DNA from: Deltaproteobacteria bacterium CG11_big_fil_rev_8_21_14_0_20_45_16
GTDB taxonomy: Bacteria > Bdellovibrionota > UBA2394
Reading direction: 5' to 3'
DNA: 64,000 nt
Assembly: GCA_002787535.1 (NCBI GenBank)
Contig: PCXB01000037.1
Span: 3,814 to 67,813, forward strand
The first letter of the stretch is position 1; the number at the start of each line of letters is the position of its first letter. Under the pieces are notes generated by a model, which ran no database searches, was not told the origin of the DNA, and saw nothing but the letters and a program-made list of their open reading frames with translations. Of the stretch, positions 38,174 through 48,151 are shown piece by piece. The position numbers were made by a program, and so were the translations under genes.

Positions 38174-38981
38174 TATGATTGAGGTCCTACAATACCCTTT
38201 TATGTTTCGGGCTTTGGTTGCCTGTATTTTGATTGGCGGCCTAGCAAGTTACCTATCCTGTTTTATTGTTCAACGAAGAATGAGTTTCTTGGGTAGCGGC
38301 CTCGCTCACTCTTGTTTGGGGGGTGTCGCTTTGGCGCTGTGGCTAGATGTCGAACCACTTTTTTTGGTAAGCTTGTTCAGTGTTTTTGTATCCATGGCAA
38401 TCGCCTGGACAACTCAAAATACTCAACTCGAGCAAGACACTAGTATTGGGATTTTTTTCTCAATGGCTACGGCGCTGGGAATTATATTTCTCTCTCTTCG
38501 CACGCAATATACGGGAGATGCAACGACCTATCTGTTTGGTTCGATTCTCACAGTTCAAAATTCTGATTTATATTATGCTGGAGGCTTTTGCCTATTACTC
38601 GGTCTATTGTTTCCCATGTGGTCGCGATGGTCCTATGCAGGCTTTGATCGAGATTTGGCGCAAGCCGATCGCATCCGTGTAAAGCGAGATGATTATCTTC
38701 TACACTTTGTCTTGGCTTTGGCCGTCGTTCTCTGCCTAAAAGTCCTTGGAATTATCTTATTGGCCGCTTTTTTAGTTATCCCCGCAGCCAGTGCGCGAAT
38801 GATTTCTAAAAGCTTCACCTCCATGACCATAAAGAGCGTTGCCATTGGCATACTAAGCTCTGTTGGGGGACTATATCTTTCGTATGTCTATGATTTGCCA
38901 AGTGGCGCAACAATTATACTTGTGCAATCTGCTTTATTTATAGGCATTGCCTTGAGTATGCGCTTGAGCCGATTCGGTTAA
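38166..38981 (+). CDS. znuB: Metal ABC transporter permease
   Basis: Eight-helix ABC-3 permease. The ATG at 38166 overlaps the znuC stop. Confidence 0.75.
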   Translation: MSSMIEVLQYPFMFRALVACILIGGLASYLSCFIVQRRMSFLGSGLAHSCLGGVALALWLDVEPLFLVSLFSVFVSMAIAWTTQNTQLEQDTSIGIFFSMATALGIIFLSLRTQYTGDATTYLFGSILTVQNSDLYYAGGFCLLLGLLFPMWSRWSYAGFDRDLAQADRIRVKRDDYLLHFVLALAVVLCLKVLGIILLAAFLVIPAASARMISKSFTSMTIKSVAIGILSSVGGLYLSYVYDLPSGATIILVQSALFIGIALSMRLSRFG

Positions 38982-41107
38982 GTTTTCCGACGTTCCCAAA
39001 TCGTCATTTGCGAAATTGTATGCTGAAACTTCCGTTTTGTTTCGCGAATCACAAATGGAATATCGTGAGCATCTAGAAAATGGAACCTGGACTTCAGGAT
39101 CTTCTTCAAGCCTTCGAGAGTCGTTTGATTCTCGCCTCCAATCTTTAAGCCCCCAATCCACTCCCCTTTCGGTGTATAGGTTTCAAGCCAAGTATAGGGA
39201 GAGGTGAGTATCAAGAGACCACCGTTCACGATTCTCTCGTGAATACTTTCCAAAAACCTTCGCGGTGAATACAAGCGATCAATCAAATTTCCAGCAAAAA
39301 TTAGATCATAGTTCGAAAACTTGGGATTCAAATTACAGGCATCCCCTTGAACAAAGTGACAGCGCTCGCGAATCGCTTTTGGATAGATTTGATCAATATT
39401 TATTTCTTTAAGGTCCGCCATCTCCCCCTCCGATGCAATCGCATAGCGCTTCAGCGCCTTTTGCTTCAGCTCTTCTCCGATTTGGATAAAGCGCGCTGAA
39501 AAATCTAGCGCGTCCACATGTTCAAAGCTTCTGGCCAATTCAAAGCTAGCTCGACCCACGGCACAACCAAGATCGAGAGCACGCCGCCTCTGCCGATCTT
39601 TTAGCGCCCCCGAACAAGCCTTCATGCAAGCCAAGGGAAAGTTAGGCACCCCAAAATACTCATCGCCAAAGTGAAACTCAATATACTGGGAAACCAATTC
39701 ATCAGTTTCGTAGGGGTTAGTTGACAGATGAGGCGTTTCTTCGGATTCCACATAGCGGAATCCAGCGTGCTGAAAAAAATGCTTCCGAAATGCATAGCGC
39801 GAATCTTTGGTCGCCAAATTTCCCGTCGAAAAAAATGATCCCCCTTTAATAAGATTATGCCGCCCATCAAAAGTGGGGACGGAAAAATCATCATAGGCCG
39901 GGTGAACTTCAAATCCAGGAAAGGCATCCACGGGCGTTTCGGTCCACTGCCAAACATTTCCGATTATATCGCACACGCCATTCCGACTTTCAAATTGATT
40001 CACCGGGCAAGCCGATGCCCAGTATTCCAAATTAATATTTCCTGGCGCCCTCTCCCAATAGGGCGCGTCCACTTCAATATTTTTTCGTAGTAGCATCCAT
40101 TCAGCTTCCGTCGGTAGGCGTAAGGCCTTGCCCGTTTTTTGTGACTTCCAATTACAGAAGGCCTTAGCCTCATGATAATTAACATCAACTGGCCAACTCC
40201 ATGGCATTTTTACTTCATCGGTCAAAGTTCGGTAAAAATATTTCTCCGCTCTCACACTCCAGAAATATGGTCGACTAGCTTTTGTGAACTCTCGCCACTT
40301 CCACCCCTCTTCCTGCCAAAACTCTTTTTTCTCATAACCCTTGTCATCGACAAATTCCAAAAACTCCTGATTCGAAACTAAGAATTTGGAAACTTCAAAA
40401 TCATTTTGCTTAATTTTAAGATCTCCATATTCATTATCCCAGCCATACAAAGGATTTTGCCGACACTTTCCCAGGCTTAAGTCAGCCCCCTTTACCCCAA
40501 TCATTTCGTTTTGTGGGGCCTCGTCAAAAAGCTCACAAGTTTTAAATAAAGGATTCTTTCGCACCGCCTTTAATGGCAACTCCCGAACAAGAACCGAACT
40601 TGTTTCAATATGGATACGCTCATGCTCGATCCCCATGAGTACGATCCAAAAAGGATCACTCCACTCGATGGGTAGTTTCAGTGGGGTGTTTTGAATGAAC
40701 AAATCGACAAGCTCGCGAACCTGATTTCTATACTCGCGAACTTCACTGACTTTTGGCCAATCATAATTGATTTCATTGAGATCATCCCAAGACATCTCAT
40801 CCACGCCCACCGCCAAGATGGCTTCGAGTTTGGGATTAATTCTTTCGGGTATAAGATTAGCCACAAAAAGTTTATTCACAAAAAACGTAGCCGTATGCCC
40901 CATATAAAAAATCAGGGGATGCCGTAATGGATTGGCTTTAATATAAAAACTTTCGTCACTGGCTAAACATTCAAATACTTGCTCATCAAGACTGAAGGTT
41001 TTGTGAAAGTAGCCTCGAATCTCCGCCCTCTTGAGTTCAACATCACCGCCATTCAAACTCAGCGTCTTTGTGGCCAGTAGATCAGAATCATTTTCAAAAA
41101 ACTTCAT
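38978..41107 (-). CDS. ovoA: 5-histidylcysteine sulfoxide synthase OvoA (ovothiol biosynthesis): DinB-like domain, FGE-sulfatase domain and SAM methyltransferase
   Basis: HERIHIE (Hx3HxE iron site) in the DinB-like domain. FGE/EgtB-like sulfoxide synthase domain. C-terminal class I MTase motif I (LDLGCAVGRASFELA). The 709-aa three-domain order matches OvoA. Confidence 0.8.
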   Translation of the reverse strand: MKFFENDSDLLATKTLSLNGGDVELKRAEIRGYFHKTFSLDEQVFECLASDESFYIKANPLRHPLIFYMGHTATFFVNKLFVANLIPERINPKLEAILAVGVDEMSWDDLNEINYDWPKVSEVREYRNQVRELVDLFIQNTPLKLPIEWSDPFWIVLMGIEHERIHIETSSVLVRELPLKAVRKNPLFKTCELFDEAPQNEMIGVKGADLSLGKCRQNPLYGWDNEYGDLKIKQNDFEVSKFLVSNQEFLEFVDDKGYEKKEFWQEEGWKWREFTKASRPYFWSVRAEKYFYRTLTDEVKMPWSWPVDVNYHEAKAFCNWKSQKTGKALRLPTEAEWMLLRKNIEVDAPYWERAPGNINLEYWASACPVNQFESRNGVCDIIGNVWQWTETPVDAFPGFEVHPAYDDFSVPTFDGRHNLIKGGSFFSTGNLATKDSRYAFRKHFFQHAGFRYVESEETPHLSTNPYETDELVSQYIEFHFGDEYFGVPNFPLACMKACSGALKDRQRRRALDLGCAVGRASFELARSFEHVDALDFSARFIQIGEELKQKALKRYAIASEGEMADLKEINIDQIYPKAIRERCHFVQGDACNLNPKFSNYDLIFAGNLIDRLYSPRRFLESIHERIVNGGLLILTSPYTWLETYTPKGEWIGGLKIGGENQTTLEGLKKILKSRFHFLDAHDIPFVIRETKRKFQHTISQMTIWERRKT

Positions 41108-41132
41108 TGCGGTCTTCTCATCTTAAAAAGAC

Positions 41133-41963
41133 TTATTTAAATTTTTCTTTCTTTCGATCCTCATGATCGTAATCAACACTCGATTGTCGCCTGGTCGGCT
41201 GCGGATAGAGCTCCATAAGATCAATAACCTCGTCTGGAATCTCTTGGCTCACCAGAAAACCAAGCTTCTTAGCCTCTTCAAAACTAATTGGATAGTCATG
41301 CGTCCAAGTTCCAGAAGTCAGTTTTTGTGCAAGCGACAAAGCCAAGCTCGAATCCATTTTCTTGTCTAAAAGGCTGACAACGGTTTGTTCTAATTGAGCA
41401 ATGGCTTTTTCGGCCTGGTCCGCGAGTATTAAAGTTTTATCATCGACTTCGGAAAGCGGCTTTCGCTTCACCGCTCGCAATAGGGAAGCGGCCGGATATT
41501 GATCAACTTGGGGGTCGACTGGTCCCATTACGGCATTCTGCGACATCAAGATTTCATCTGCGGCCAAGGCTAAAAGCGTGCCACCAGACATCGCAAAGTG
41601 AGGAATCAAAACCCGAACTGGCCCCGGATGCCGTTTTAAAGCCATCGCGATCTGGGTCGATGCCAAAACCAAGCCACCTGGCGTGTGAATAATGAGGTCA
41701 ATTGAAGTCTTCGGATCCGTCTTCCTAATCGCTCTTAGAATTTGTTCGGCATCTTCAATGTTAATATACTTAAAAAAAGGCAGCCCAAACATGCTTAAAA
41801 ATTCTTGTCGATGCACCAGCACAATCACTCGTGACGATCGATTTATTTCAATTTCTCTTATAAATTTCTTTCGAGTTCGCGCTAACCAGCGCTGCTGAAT
41901 AAATGGAACAAAAAACAATAGGAAAAAAAGAATCCAAATTAAATCAAATGATTGTCCGTTCAT
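41133..41963 (-). CDS. ClpP-class / S49-like serine protease (SDH family) with an N-terminal TM anchor
   Basis: IHTPGGLVLAS...AMSGGTLLALAADE resembles the ClpP/S49 Ser-containing motif. Confidence 0.5.
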   Translation of the reverse strand: MNGQSFDLIWILFFLLFFVPFIQQRWLARTRKKFIREIEINRSSRVIVLVHRQEFLSMFGLPFFKYINIEDAEQILRAIRKTDPKTSIDLIIHTPGGLVLASTQIAMALKRHPGPVRVLIPHFAMSGGTLLALAADEILMSQNAVMGPVDPQVDQYPAASLLRAVKRKPLSEVDDKTLILADQAEKAIAQLEQTVVSLLDKKMDSSLALSLAQKLTSGTWTHDYPISFEEAKKLGFLVSQEIPDEVIDLMELYPQPTRRQSSVDYDHEDRKKEKFK

Positions 41964-42682
41964 CGGTTACCCAAAACCTTTAACTCACCCGTGGCCCCAC
42001 GACACAGATCTTCATCCACAAAATATAAAATCTCCTTCGCCAAGTCCTCGGGAGTGGTTGAAGTTTTAAGACCAGGAAGCGCCTCTTGCAGCATTTGCGT
42101 ATCCACCGCCCCAGGAGCAATTACATTGACTCGAATATTTGATTCCTTCAGCTCGAGTGCCATAACCTGAGAAAGGCCAACAAGTCCCATTTTGGCTGTC
42201 GTGTAGGAACCAAAACCCGAAAACTTATCCATGGATTGTATCCCGGCCAACGAACTAATATTAATGACTGATGCGACTTGGCTTTTCTTAAGAAGCGGAA
42301 GAGCCGCTTGAGAAAGCATAAAGACAGCCCTTAGATTGATTCCCATCATCCTATCCCAATCCTCAAGACTAGTTTCTGCAAACTTCCTTACACAAATGGC
42401 GCCGGCATTATTAATCAGAACATCCAAGACACCAAAGTGCTGTGCTATTTCATCAACAAGTTTAGAGATTTGAGTTTCCTTCGAAATATCGGCAGGCAAA
42501 CAAAGAACTTCCGCATCGACATTTCGCTCTAATATTTCTTTTCTTACAGCCTGCAGCTGATCGACACTTCGTGAGACTAATACCAGCCGACAACCCCGTT
42601 CTGCTAAGAGTTTTGCCGTCGCAGCGCCAATGCCGCGGCCAGCCCCCGTAATTAAAACAACACGGTTTTTCAGGTCCGCCAT
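41960..42682 (-). CDS. Short-chain dehydrogenase/reductase (SDR)
   Basis: TGAGRGIG cofactor-binding motif, NNAG, and an S...YxxxK catalytic pattern. Confidence 0.8.
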   Translation of the reverse strand: MADLKNRVVLITGAGRGIGAATAKLLAERGCRLVLVSRSVDQLQAVRKEILERNVDAEVLCLPADISKETQISKLVDEIAQHFGVLDVLINNAGAICVRKFAETSLEDWDRMMGINLRAVFMLSQAALPLLKKSQVASVINISSLAGIQSMDKFSGFGSYTTAKMGLVGLSQVMALELKESNIRVNVIAPGAVDTQMLQEALPGLKTSTTPEDLAKEILYFVDEDLCRGATGELKVLGNR

Positions 42683-42691
42683 AGAGGGTTT

Positions 42692-43729
42692 TTACACGCC
42701 CTCTTGTGATTTGTGAACGTTCATTGTCCTCAAAGCCTTCACAATTTCGAAGGGAAAGCCGGGCCCTTTAAAGACCCATCCCGAATAAATCTGAATCAAA
42801 TCAGCACCCAAATTGAATCGTCTACAGCCCTCCTCGCTCGTCATGATTCCCCCCACCGAGATGGCCGGAAGTCCAGTTTGAGACTTCAATTCTATCAACG
42901 CCTCTCGCGAAATCTCCGAAAGGCATCCGCCACTCCAACCTCCCGCCAAGTCTCGATGCGTTCCGGCACGAGTATTGGAGATCACAAAGCCATCGACACC
43001 CAAACTCTCTAAAGCCGAAAGGCTTTGTTTAAGTTCTTCACCACGAAACTCTGGTGCAAATTTGATAAGAATGGGACAAGAAAGAGATTTCCGAATTCTT
43101 TGATTCAATACAACTTCAACGATTTTCAAAATTTCATCTCTAGTCTGAAGAAAACGAAGAGCTGGGGTATTTGGCGAACTAACATTAAGGACGAGATAAT
43201 CACAAAGTTCCAAAAAGACCTCGGCACCCTTTCGATAATCTTCCGCAGCATTTTGTATTTCGGTTTTCGCATTCTTACCAATGTTCACTCCTAGGCGAAA
43301 ATTCTTAGGAAGCTTATGACGCTTGGCTTCAATTCGTCTGGCAACTATTTGGGCTCCGTCATTGTTAAATCCCATTCGATTGAACAGACACTGGCGCTCA
43401 ACATCACGAAACAATCTCGGCTTAGGGTTTCCGCTTTGAGGCAGCGGCGTAATCGTTCCCAATTCCGCAAAGCCGAAACCCCAATCCGCCAAATTCTGAA
43501 ATATGGTAGCATTCTTATCAAAGCCGGCCGCCAAGCCGATGGGATTCCGAAAATCCATTCCTAAGGCTTTTGTCAAAAGCCGATCGTCAGCATTCTTAAA
43601 TACCTGACGCAGCATCCAAGATGGACTCCCTGCGATAAGCTTTAGAACCATTTCGTGTGCCTTCTCAGCCTCGAACTTAAAAAATATCTGACTCAATTGT
43701 GTCCAATTCACGATGTCAAAGGATTGCAA
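42692..43729 (-). CDS. pyrD: Dihydroorotate dehydrogenase (quinone), class 2
   Basis: N-terminal membrane-association helix plus a DHODH TIM barrel (GFGFAELGTITP, GGIMTSEE). Confidence 0.85.
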   Translation of the reverse strand: MQSFDIVNWTQLSQIFFKFEAEKAHEMVLKLIAGSPSWMLRQVFKNADDRLLTKALGMDFRNPIGLAAGFDKNATIFQNLADWGFGFAELGTITPLPQSGNPKPRLFRDVERQCLFNRMGFNNDGAQIVARRIEAKRHKLPKNFRLGVNIGKNAKTEIQNAAEDYRKGAEVFLELCDYLVLNVSSPNTPALRFLQTRDEILKIVEVVLNQRIRKSLSCPILIKFAPEFRGEELKQSLSALESLGVDGFVISNTRAGTHRDLAGGWSGGCLSEISREALIELKSQTGLPAISVGGIMTSEEGCRRFNLGADLIQIYSGWVFKGPGFPFEIVKALRTMNVHKSQEGV

Positions 43730-43777
43730 CAGCTCCCTTTGAAGCTGTCAAATAAATGGAGTAGTCTATAAAAGACT

Positions 43778-44536
43778 ATGATGACTCCCAAAATGGCAGA
43801 CCAAATTAGGCATATGGAAAAGGTTGGAAAGCTGGCAGCTGAAGTACTTGTCGAGGCTGGAAAGCTTGTGCGACCCGGAATCACCCCCAACGAAATCAAC
43901 CAGTTCGTGCATGAATTCACATTAAGTCGATCAGCCAGGCCAGCCCCCTTGAACTATCATGGTTTTCCTAAATCCGTTTGCACTTCAATTAACACAGTTG
44001 TGTGCCATGGGGTCCCTGATGATCGTCCACTAAAAGAAGGCGATATCATCAATATTGACGTGACCTGCGAAAAATCCGGTTACTATGGCGACACGTCTCG
44101 AACATTTTATGTCGGAAAGGTTTCAGAGCGCGCCAAAAATATTACTGAGGCCGCTGAAGAAGCGATGTTTAAAGGAATTGAACAAGTCAATCCGAATGCA
44201 ACTGTTGGTGATATTGGTTTTGCAATTGAAAAATTTACGACACGGAAAGGTTTCCATGTAGTTCGAGAGCTTGGTGGCCATGGTATTGGTAAAAATTTTC
44301 ACGAAGAACCTTTTGTGCCTTCCTTCGGAAAGAAAGGAAGGGGGGACAAACTTCGGCCCTGGATTGCCATTACGGTTGAACCGATGATCAATGAAACAGC
44401 TGCGCCCATTCGAGAATTCGACATCCCGGGTTCCACAATCAAATGGTATGATACCTCCGATGGAAGTCTTTCAGCTCAATTTGAACATACGGTCTTAGTA
44501 ACCGATGCCGGCCATCAAATCTTAACGCGATTTTAA
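43778..44536 (+). CDS. map: Methionine aminopeptidase type I
   Basis: Pita-bread fold with metal ligands (GDIINIDV..., HGIG, E...E). Confidence 0.9.
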   Translation: MMTPKMADQIRHMEKVGKLAAEVLVEAGKLVRPGITPNEINQFVHEFTLSRSARPAPLNYHGFPKSVCTSINTVVCHGVPDDRPLKEGDIINIDVTCEKSGYYGDTSRTFYVGKVSERAKNITEAAEEAMFKGIEQVNPNATVGDIGFAIEKFTTRKGFHVVRELGGHGIGKNFHEEPFVPSFGKKGRGDKLRPWIAITVEPMINETAAPIREFDIPGSTIKWYDTSDGSLSAQFEHTVLVTDAGHQILTRF

Positions 44537-44541
44537 AAGAG

Positions 44542-45102
44542 ATGACTTACCTGGCTTTTTCCATTTTTCTACAATTAGTGAGTAATCTAGATCTGCCAAG
44601 TCTCCAAAAGCTTCACCGAGAAGTTATTCAAGAGAGCTTTCCTGAATTGCAAAACCTTCGATTTGCTTATCGAGAATTTGAAGCAACAGATCATTTTTTT
44701 ATGGCTGATGTCTCGCAAGCCTATTTTCCTGCCAAAAAGAGAACCTATGTTTTAAATATCAATAAAATGCTTTATACAAATCCACCCCCGACACCTGCCC
44801 TGAAGGCTGTTCTCGCTCACGAAAACTGTCACTTTGTCGACTACCTGTCGCGCTCGCTATGGAGCTTGGCTTCGCTAGCTATCCAATATCAGTGGCTCGC
44901 AAAGGCTTCCTTTATTGCCAAATACGAGAGAAATACAGACCAGTGCGCCATAAAGCGTGGCTATGGGCCTGACTTGATTAACTTCCGTGAGTGGCTTTAC
45001 AAGATTCTTCCTACAGATATCTTGCAGGAAAAAAGAGCCGTGTATTTAACTCCCGACGAAATCCGCTTAACAATGCTAAATCTAAACTCGCCCGATCTCT
45101 AA
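44542..45102 (+). CDS. Hypothetical protein with an HExxH motif, a putative zinc metallopeptidase-like protein
   Basis: LAHENCHFVDY (HExxH). Starts 5 nt after the map stop. Confidence 0.35.
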   Translation: MTYLAFSIFLQLVSNLDLPSLQKLHREVIQESFPELQNLRFAYREFEATDHFFMADVSQAYFPAKKRTYVLNINKMLYTNPPPTPALKAVLAHENCHFVDYLSRSLWSLASLAIQYQWLAKASFIAKYERNTDQCAIKRGYGPDLINFREWLYKILPTDILQEKRAVYLTPDEIRLTMLNLNSPDL

Positions 45103-45123
45103 AACTTACCTAAACTAATCGAC

Positions 45124-46326
45124 ATGAAGCTCAGAAACCTTATTGCTGTCGCCCTGATCGGATTTGCAACACCTCGTTTGATCGCTAAAAGTTCGAATGT
45201 AGTAGCCGAAAGCCCGAAAGATTCAGCCGCTACAAAACAGGAAGTCCCTTCGGTTATGTATCAATTTCTTGGGCATATTATGGAGCTTCAGCCCTATATG
45301 ACTTCCGAAAAATCCTTTGCCATTCCAAAAAGCCGAAAATCAATCCAGTTCCATCTTGATCAGCTTGAAAAACTTTCGCATAGCCTTCACCACTATGATC
45401 GTCTCAAAACACCTAATTTTCATATCTCGGCTCAACTTCTTGAGGAAGAACTACAAGAAGCGGCATCAAGTTATCGCAAGTCGAATTTTTCTTATTCAAG
45501 ACGAATGCTAAATCAAAGCTTATATGGTTGCGGCTCATGTCATATGCAAATTTCACCAAGTGACAACCCCCAGTGGAAATTTGATGCTTCCAAGATTAAG
45601 GGCAGCGCCTATGAACGTGCTGAATTTTTGTTTGCCACTCGCCAGTACGATCAAAGCCTTAAGCTCTATAACTCGATCATTGATAGTTTTGATAAAAGAG
45701 CAACTGACGAAGGCAGTTTTGAACTTGAAAAATCTATCAAGCGAATAATTGGAATTGGGATTCGAATTAAACGCGACCCATCAACTACTAGCGCAAGTGT
45801 GGCTAGAGTCACGAAGTTGGAAAAAGCTCCCGAAGCCTTAAAGAAAGATGCTTCGCTGTGGTCGGCGCAGCTTACCGCCCTTCAGAGCATAAAAAAAATC
45901 GACGCGAAGACGGTCACGGCTGACCAGCTTATCAATTATGTCGCTACGAAAGTTCAGCTTGAAGATGAAAAACCTGCGATCGGTGATGACCAGATGATCT
46001 TGGCTCTATATCTCTCTGGCTTGTTGTATGACTACATTAATTCACATCCGGATACACAACTGAAAGCAGGAATTTTATATTGGCTGGGTGTTTTGGACTC
46101 TAGAGTTGATGATAGCTTTCAATATGATCTTTCTAACCTCTATTTGCGAGAGTGTATTTTGCGATTTCCTAAAGATCCCGTTGCTCGAGCTTGCTATCGG
46201 GAGGTTGAAGAACAAACCCTTCTATCATACACAGGCTCATCAGGAATTAATGTACCTGATGATGTTCGCGCTGATCTGGATCAGCTGCGCGGCCTCATAG
46301 ACAAGTCGGCCTTAAATAAAAAGTAG
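45124..46326 (+). CDS. Hypothetical secreted protein with a single CxxCH motif
   Basis: Signal peptide. YGCGSCHMQ, a possible c-type heme-binding site. Otherwise unrecognised. Confidence 0.35.
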   Translation: MKLRNLIAVALIGFATPRLIAKSSNVVAESPKDSAATKQEVPSVMYQFLGHIMELQPYMTSEKSFAIPKSRKSIQFHLDQLEKLSHSLHHYDRLKTPNFHISAQLLEEELQEAASSYRKSNFSYSRRMLNQSLYGCGSCHMQISPSDNPQWKFDASKIKGSAYERAEFLFATRQYDQSLKLYNSIIDSFDKRATDEGSFELEKSIKRIIGIGIRIKRDPSTTSASVARVTKLEKAPEALKKDASLWSAQLTALQSIKKIDAKTVTADQLINYVATKVQLEDEKPAIGDDQMILALYLSGLLYDYINSHPDTQLKAGILYWLGVLDSRVDDSFQYDLSNLYLRECILRFPKDPVARACYREVEEQTLLSYTGSSGINVPDDVRADLDQLRGLIDKSALNKK

Positions 46327-46335
46327 TTCAACTCG

Positions 46336-47004
46336 ATGTTTCCCCTCCGTGATACGATTCCGTCTCGTCGCCTTTCTTTTGTCTGCATTTTCATTATTGT
46401 TTTAAACGTTTTTATTTTCATCTATGAGTCGAGACTTGGTGAAATCGAAATCAAAGAATTCTTTCGAACCTGGGGTCTCCTTCCTTCGAAGTTTATTTGG
46501 TCTAGTATTCATCTTCGAAATTGGCTGCCACTCGTATCAAGCCAATTTCTTCATGCTGGTTGGTTGCATGTCTTAATGAATATGTGGATGCTTTGGATAT
46601 TTGGAGACAATATTGAAGACAGGCTTGGTCATCTTATCTTTGTATTTTTCTATTTGCTATGCGGCTTAGGGGCGGCCATCGCTCAACTAGTTTTCGCAGG
46701 AAATGCAGAGGTGCCCATGGTGGGAGCGTCGGGAGCTATCTCGGGTGTAATGGGAGCTTATCTTTGGCTATTTCCGCATTCTAAGATTGTAACTTTTGTG
46801 CCGATTTTTATCTTCCCCGCTGTTTTCACAATTTCGGCAAAATTTTTTCTTCTCTATTGGTTTTTGCTTCAAATTGTCGCCGGAGGGATGAGCTTAGGTT
46901 TAGCAGGAGAACAAAGCGGTGGTATCGCCTGGTGGGCCCACATAGGTGGTTTCGCAACGGGTTTTGTTTATGCCGCTTTGTTTATTCGGAGATCCAATGA
47001 ATGA
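46336..47004 (+). CDS. Rhomboid family intramembrane serine protease
   Basis: GASGAISGVMGAY (GxSG) and a downstream AHIGGF His in TM helices. Confidence 0.75.
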   Translation: MFPLRDTIPSRRLSFVCIFIIVLNVFIFIYESRLGEIEIKEFFRTWGLLPSKFIWSSIHLRNWLPLVSSQFLHAGWLHVLMNMWMLWIFGDNIEDRLGHLIFVFFYLLCGLGAAIAQLVFAGNAEVPMVGASGAISGVMGAYLWLFPHSKIVTFVPIFIFPAVFTISAKFFLLYWFLLQIVAGGMSLGLAGEQSGGIAWWAHIGGFATGFVYAALFIRRSNE

Positions 47005-47057
47005 CAGTTATTGTTTGGATACCTCAGGAGCTGGATGATCAGCGCTGATTGCGCTCA

Positions 47058-48056
47058 TCAATCGTTCCCAATAACCGCCCAATGGGTTCGTCCAGTATTC
47101 GTATTGTAAGTTATCCTCAAACCCGTATAAATTCCGTGCGTATTGTTCCAGGCTTTCGAGATTGTGATCCTAAATGATCCAGCCCGTTTCTCCATTGCCG
47201 CACCCCGATGAGCAATATGGCCGTAGTCCTGAGGCGGCATAGATTTCGCAATCAACTTGCTGCTTCTAATATCAATAACTGTGATTTTGGCGGGATTAGA
47301 CTGTATAAAAAGATAAACATCCTCTCCCAAAGCAAAGACGTCCATTAACTCATTAATACTCGAAATCACCTCATCCGGAGCTCGTGGCACTTCAAAATCC
47401 ATTCCAGGATCGTTAGCTATCTGGCTAAGCGGAATTGTTTCGATAGTTCGGTCTTTCTTCGCGATCAAAATAAAGTGACGATCCTGGAATGGACCGCCCG
47501 CGGGACCTTCGGAAATGCTCGCAATTAGTGCATCGTCCCGGATCCCTTTGTTTCTAGGACTAGGCAAAGTTTCCAAATTTGCAAGGCGAATAAAATTTGG
47601 AATTTTATTTCCTGGATTGGCATTTGGAAATTCCACGATTTGATCAGAAACAACGACAGGGATATTTTTGATTTTCGCGCCTTCAGATGAAAGTTTGCCT
47701 TCAACCAAATCAAATTCTAAAATCTCAACCTGTCCATTGGCCAACGCCAAATAAAGTCGACTTCCCCGCACTTTTGTCGTGATTATGTCTGATCGAGCGG
47801 AGAACTCCTGCCCGCTACTCGATCGAAGAAGAGGTTTCCAAACTCCATCGATAAAGAATGCAATTGTTCGATGCTTGCCACCATATTTTTCGACTTTAAT
47901 TTGATATTCTTCAATTTGAGGCCGTGATCGAGTCAAATCTCCCAACTCGGAGCAGCCCTGAGCTTCTTCATAAAAAATTCCAGAAACGAGCATCCCCGAA
48001 AAAATCAACGAATTGATTGATAGTCTGAGTATATTTCGAAAATTCATATTACCCAT
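47058..48056 (-). CDS. Hypothetical secreted protein (332 aa)
   Basis: Signal-peptide-like N-terminus. No motifs recognised. Confidence 0.35.
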   Translation of the reverse strand: MGNMNFRNILRLSINSLIFSGMLVSGIFYEEAQGCSELGDLTRSRPQIEEYQIKVEKYGGKHRTIAFFIDGVWKPLLRSSSGQEFSARSDIITTKVRGSRLYLALANGQVEILEFDLVEGKLSSEGAKIKNIPVVVSDQIVEFPNANPGNKIPNFIRLANLETLPSPRNKGIRDDALIASISEGPAGGPFQDRHFILIAKKDRTIETIPLSQIANDPGMDFEVPRAPDEVISSINELMDVFALGEDVYLFIQSNPAKITVIDIRSSKLIAKSMPPQDYGHIAHRGAAMEKRAGSFRITISKAWNNTHGIYTGLRITYNTNTGRTHWAVIGND

Positions 48057-48089
48057 CTAACTAGCACCTTTCACCAAACATGGAGTCCA

Positions 48090-48137
48090 AAAACCCTGTA
48101 ATTTCGTACACGATTGTGTACGAAATTACAGGGTTTT
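48090..48137. terminator. Perfect 22-bp inverted repeat hairpin, a likely bidirectional or intergenic terminator-like element
   Basis: AAAACCCTGTAATTTCGTACAC-gatt-GTGTACGAAATTACAGGGTTTT with T residues on the minus-strand 3' side. Lies between the EEP gene stop and the next gene start. Confidence 0.45.
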
Positions 48138-48151
48138 CTAAGCCTCTGATT

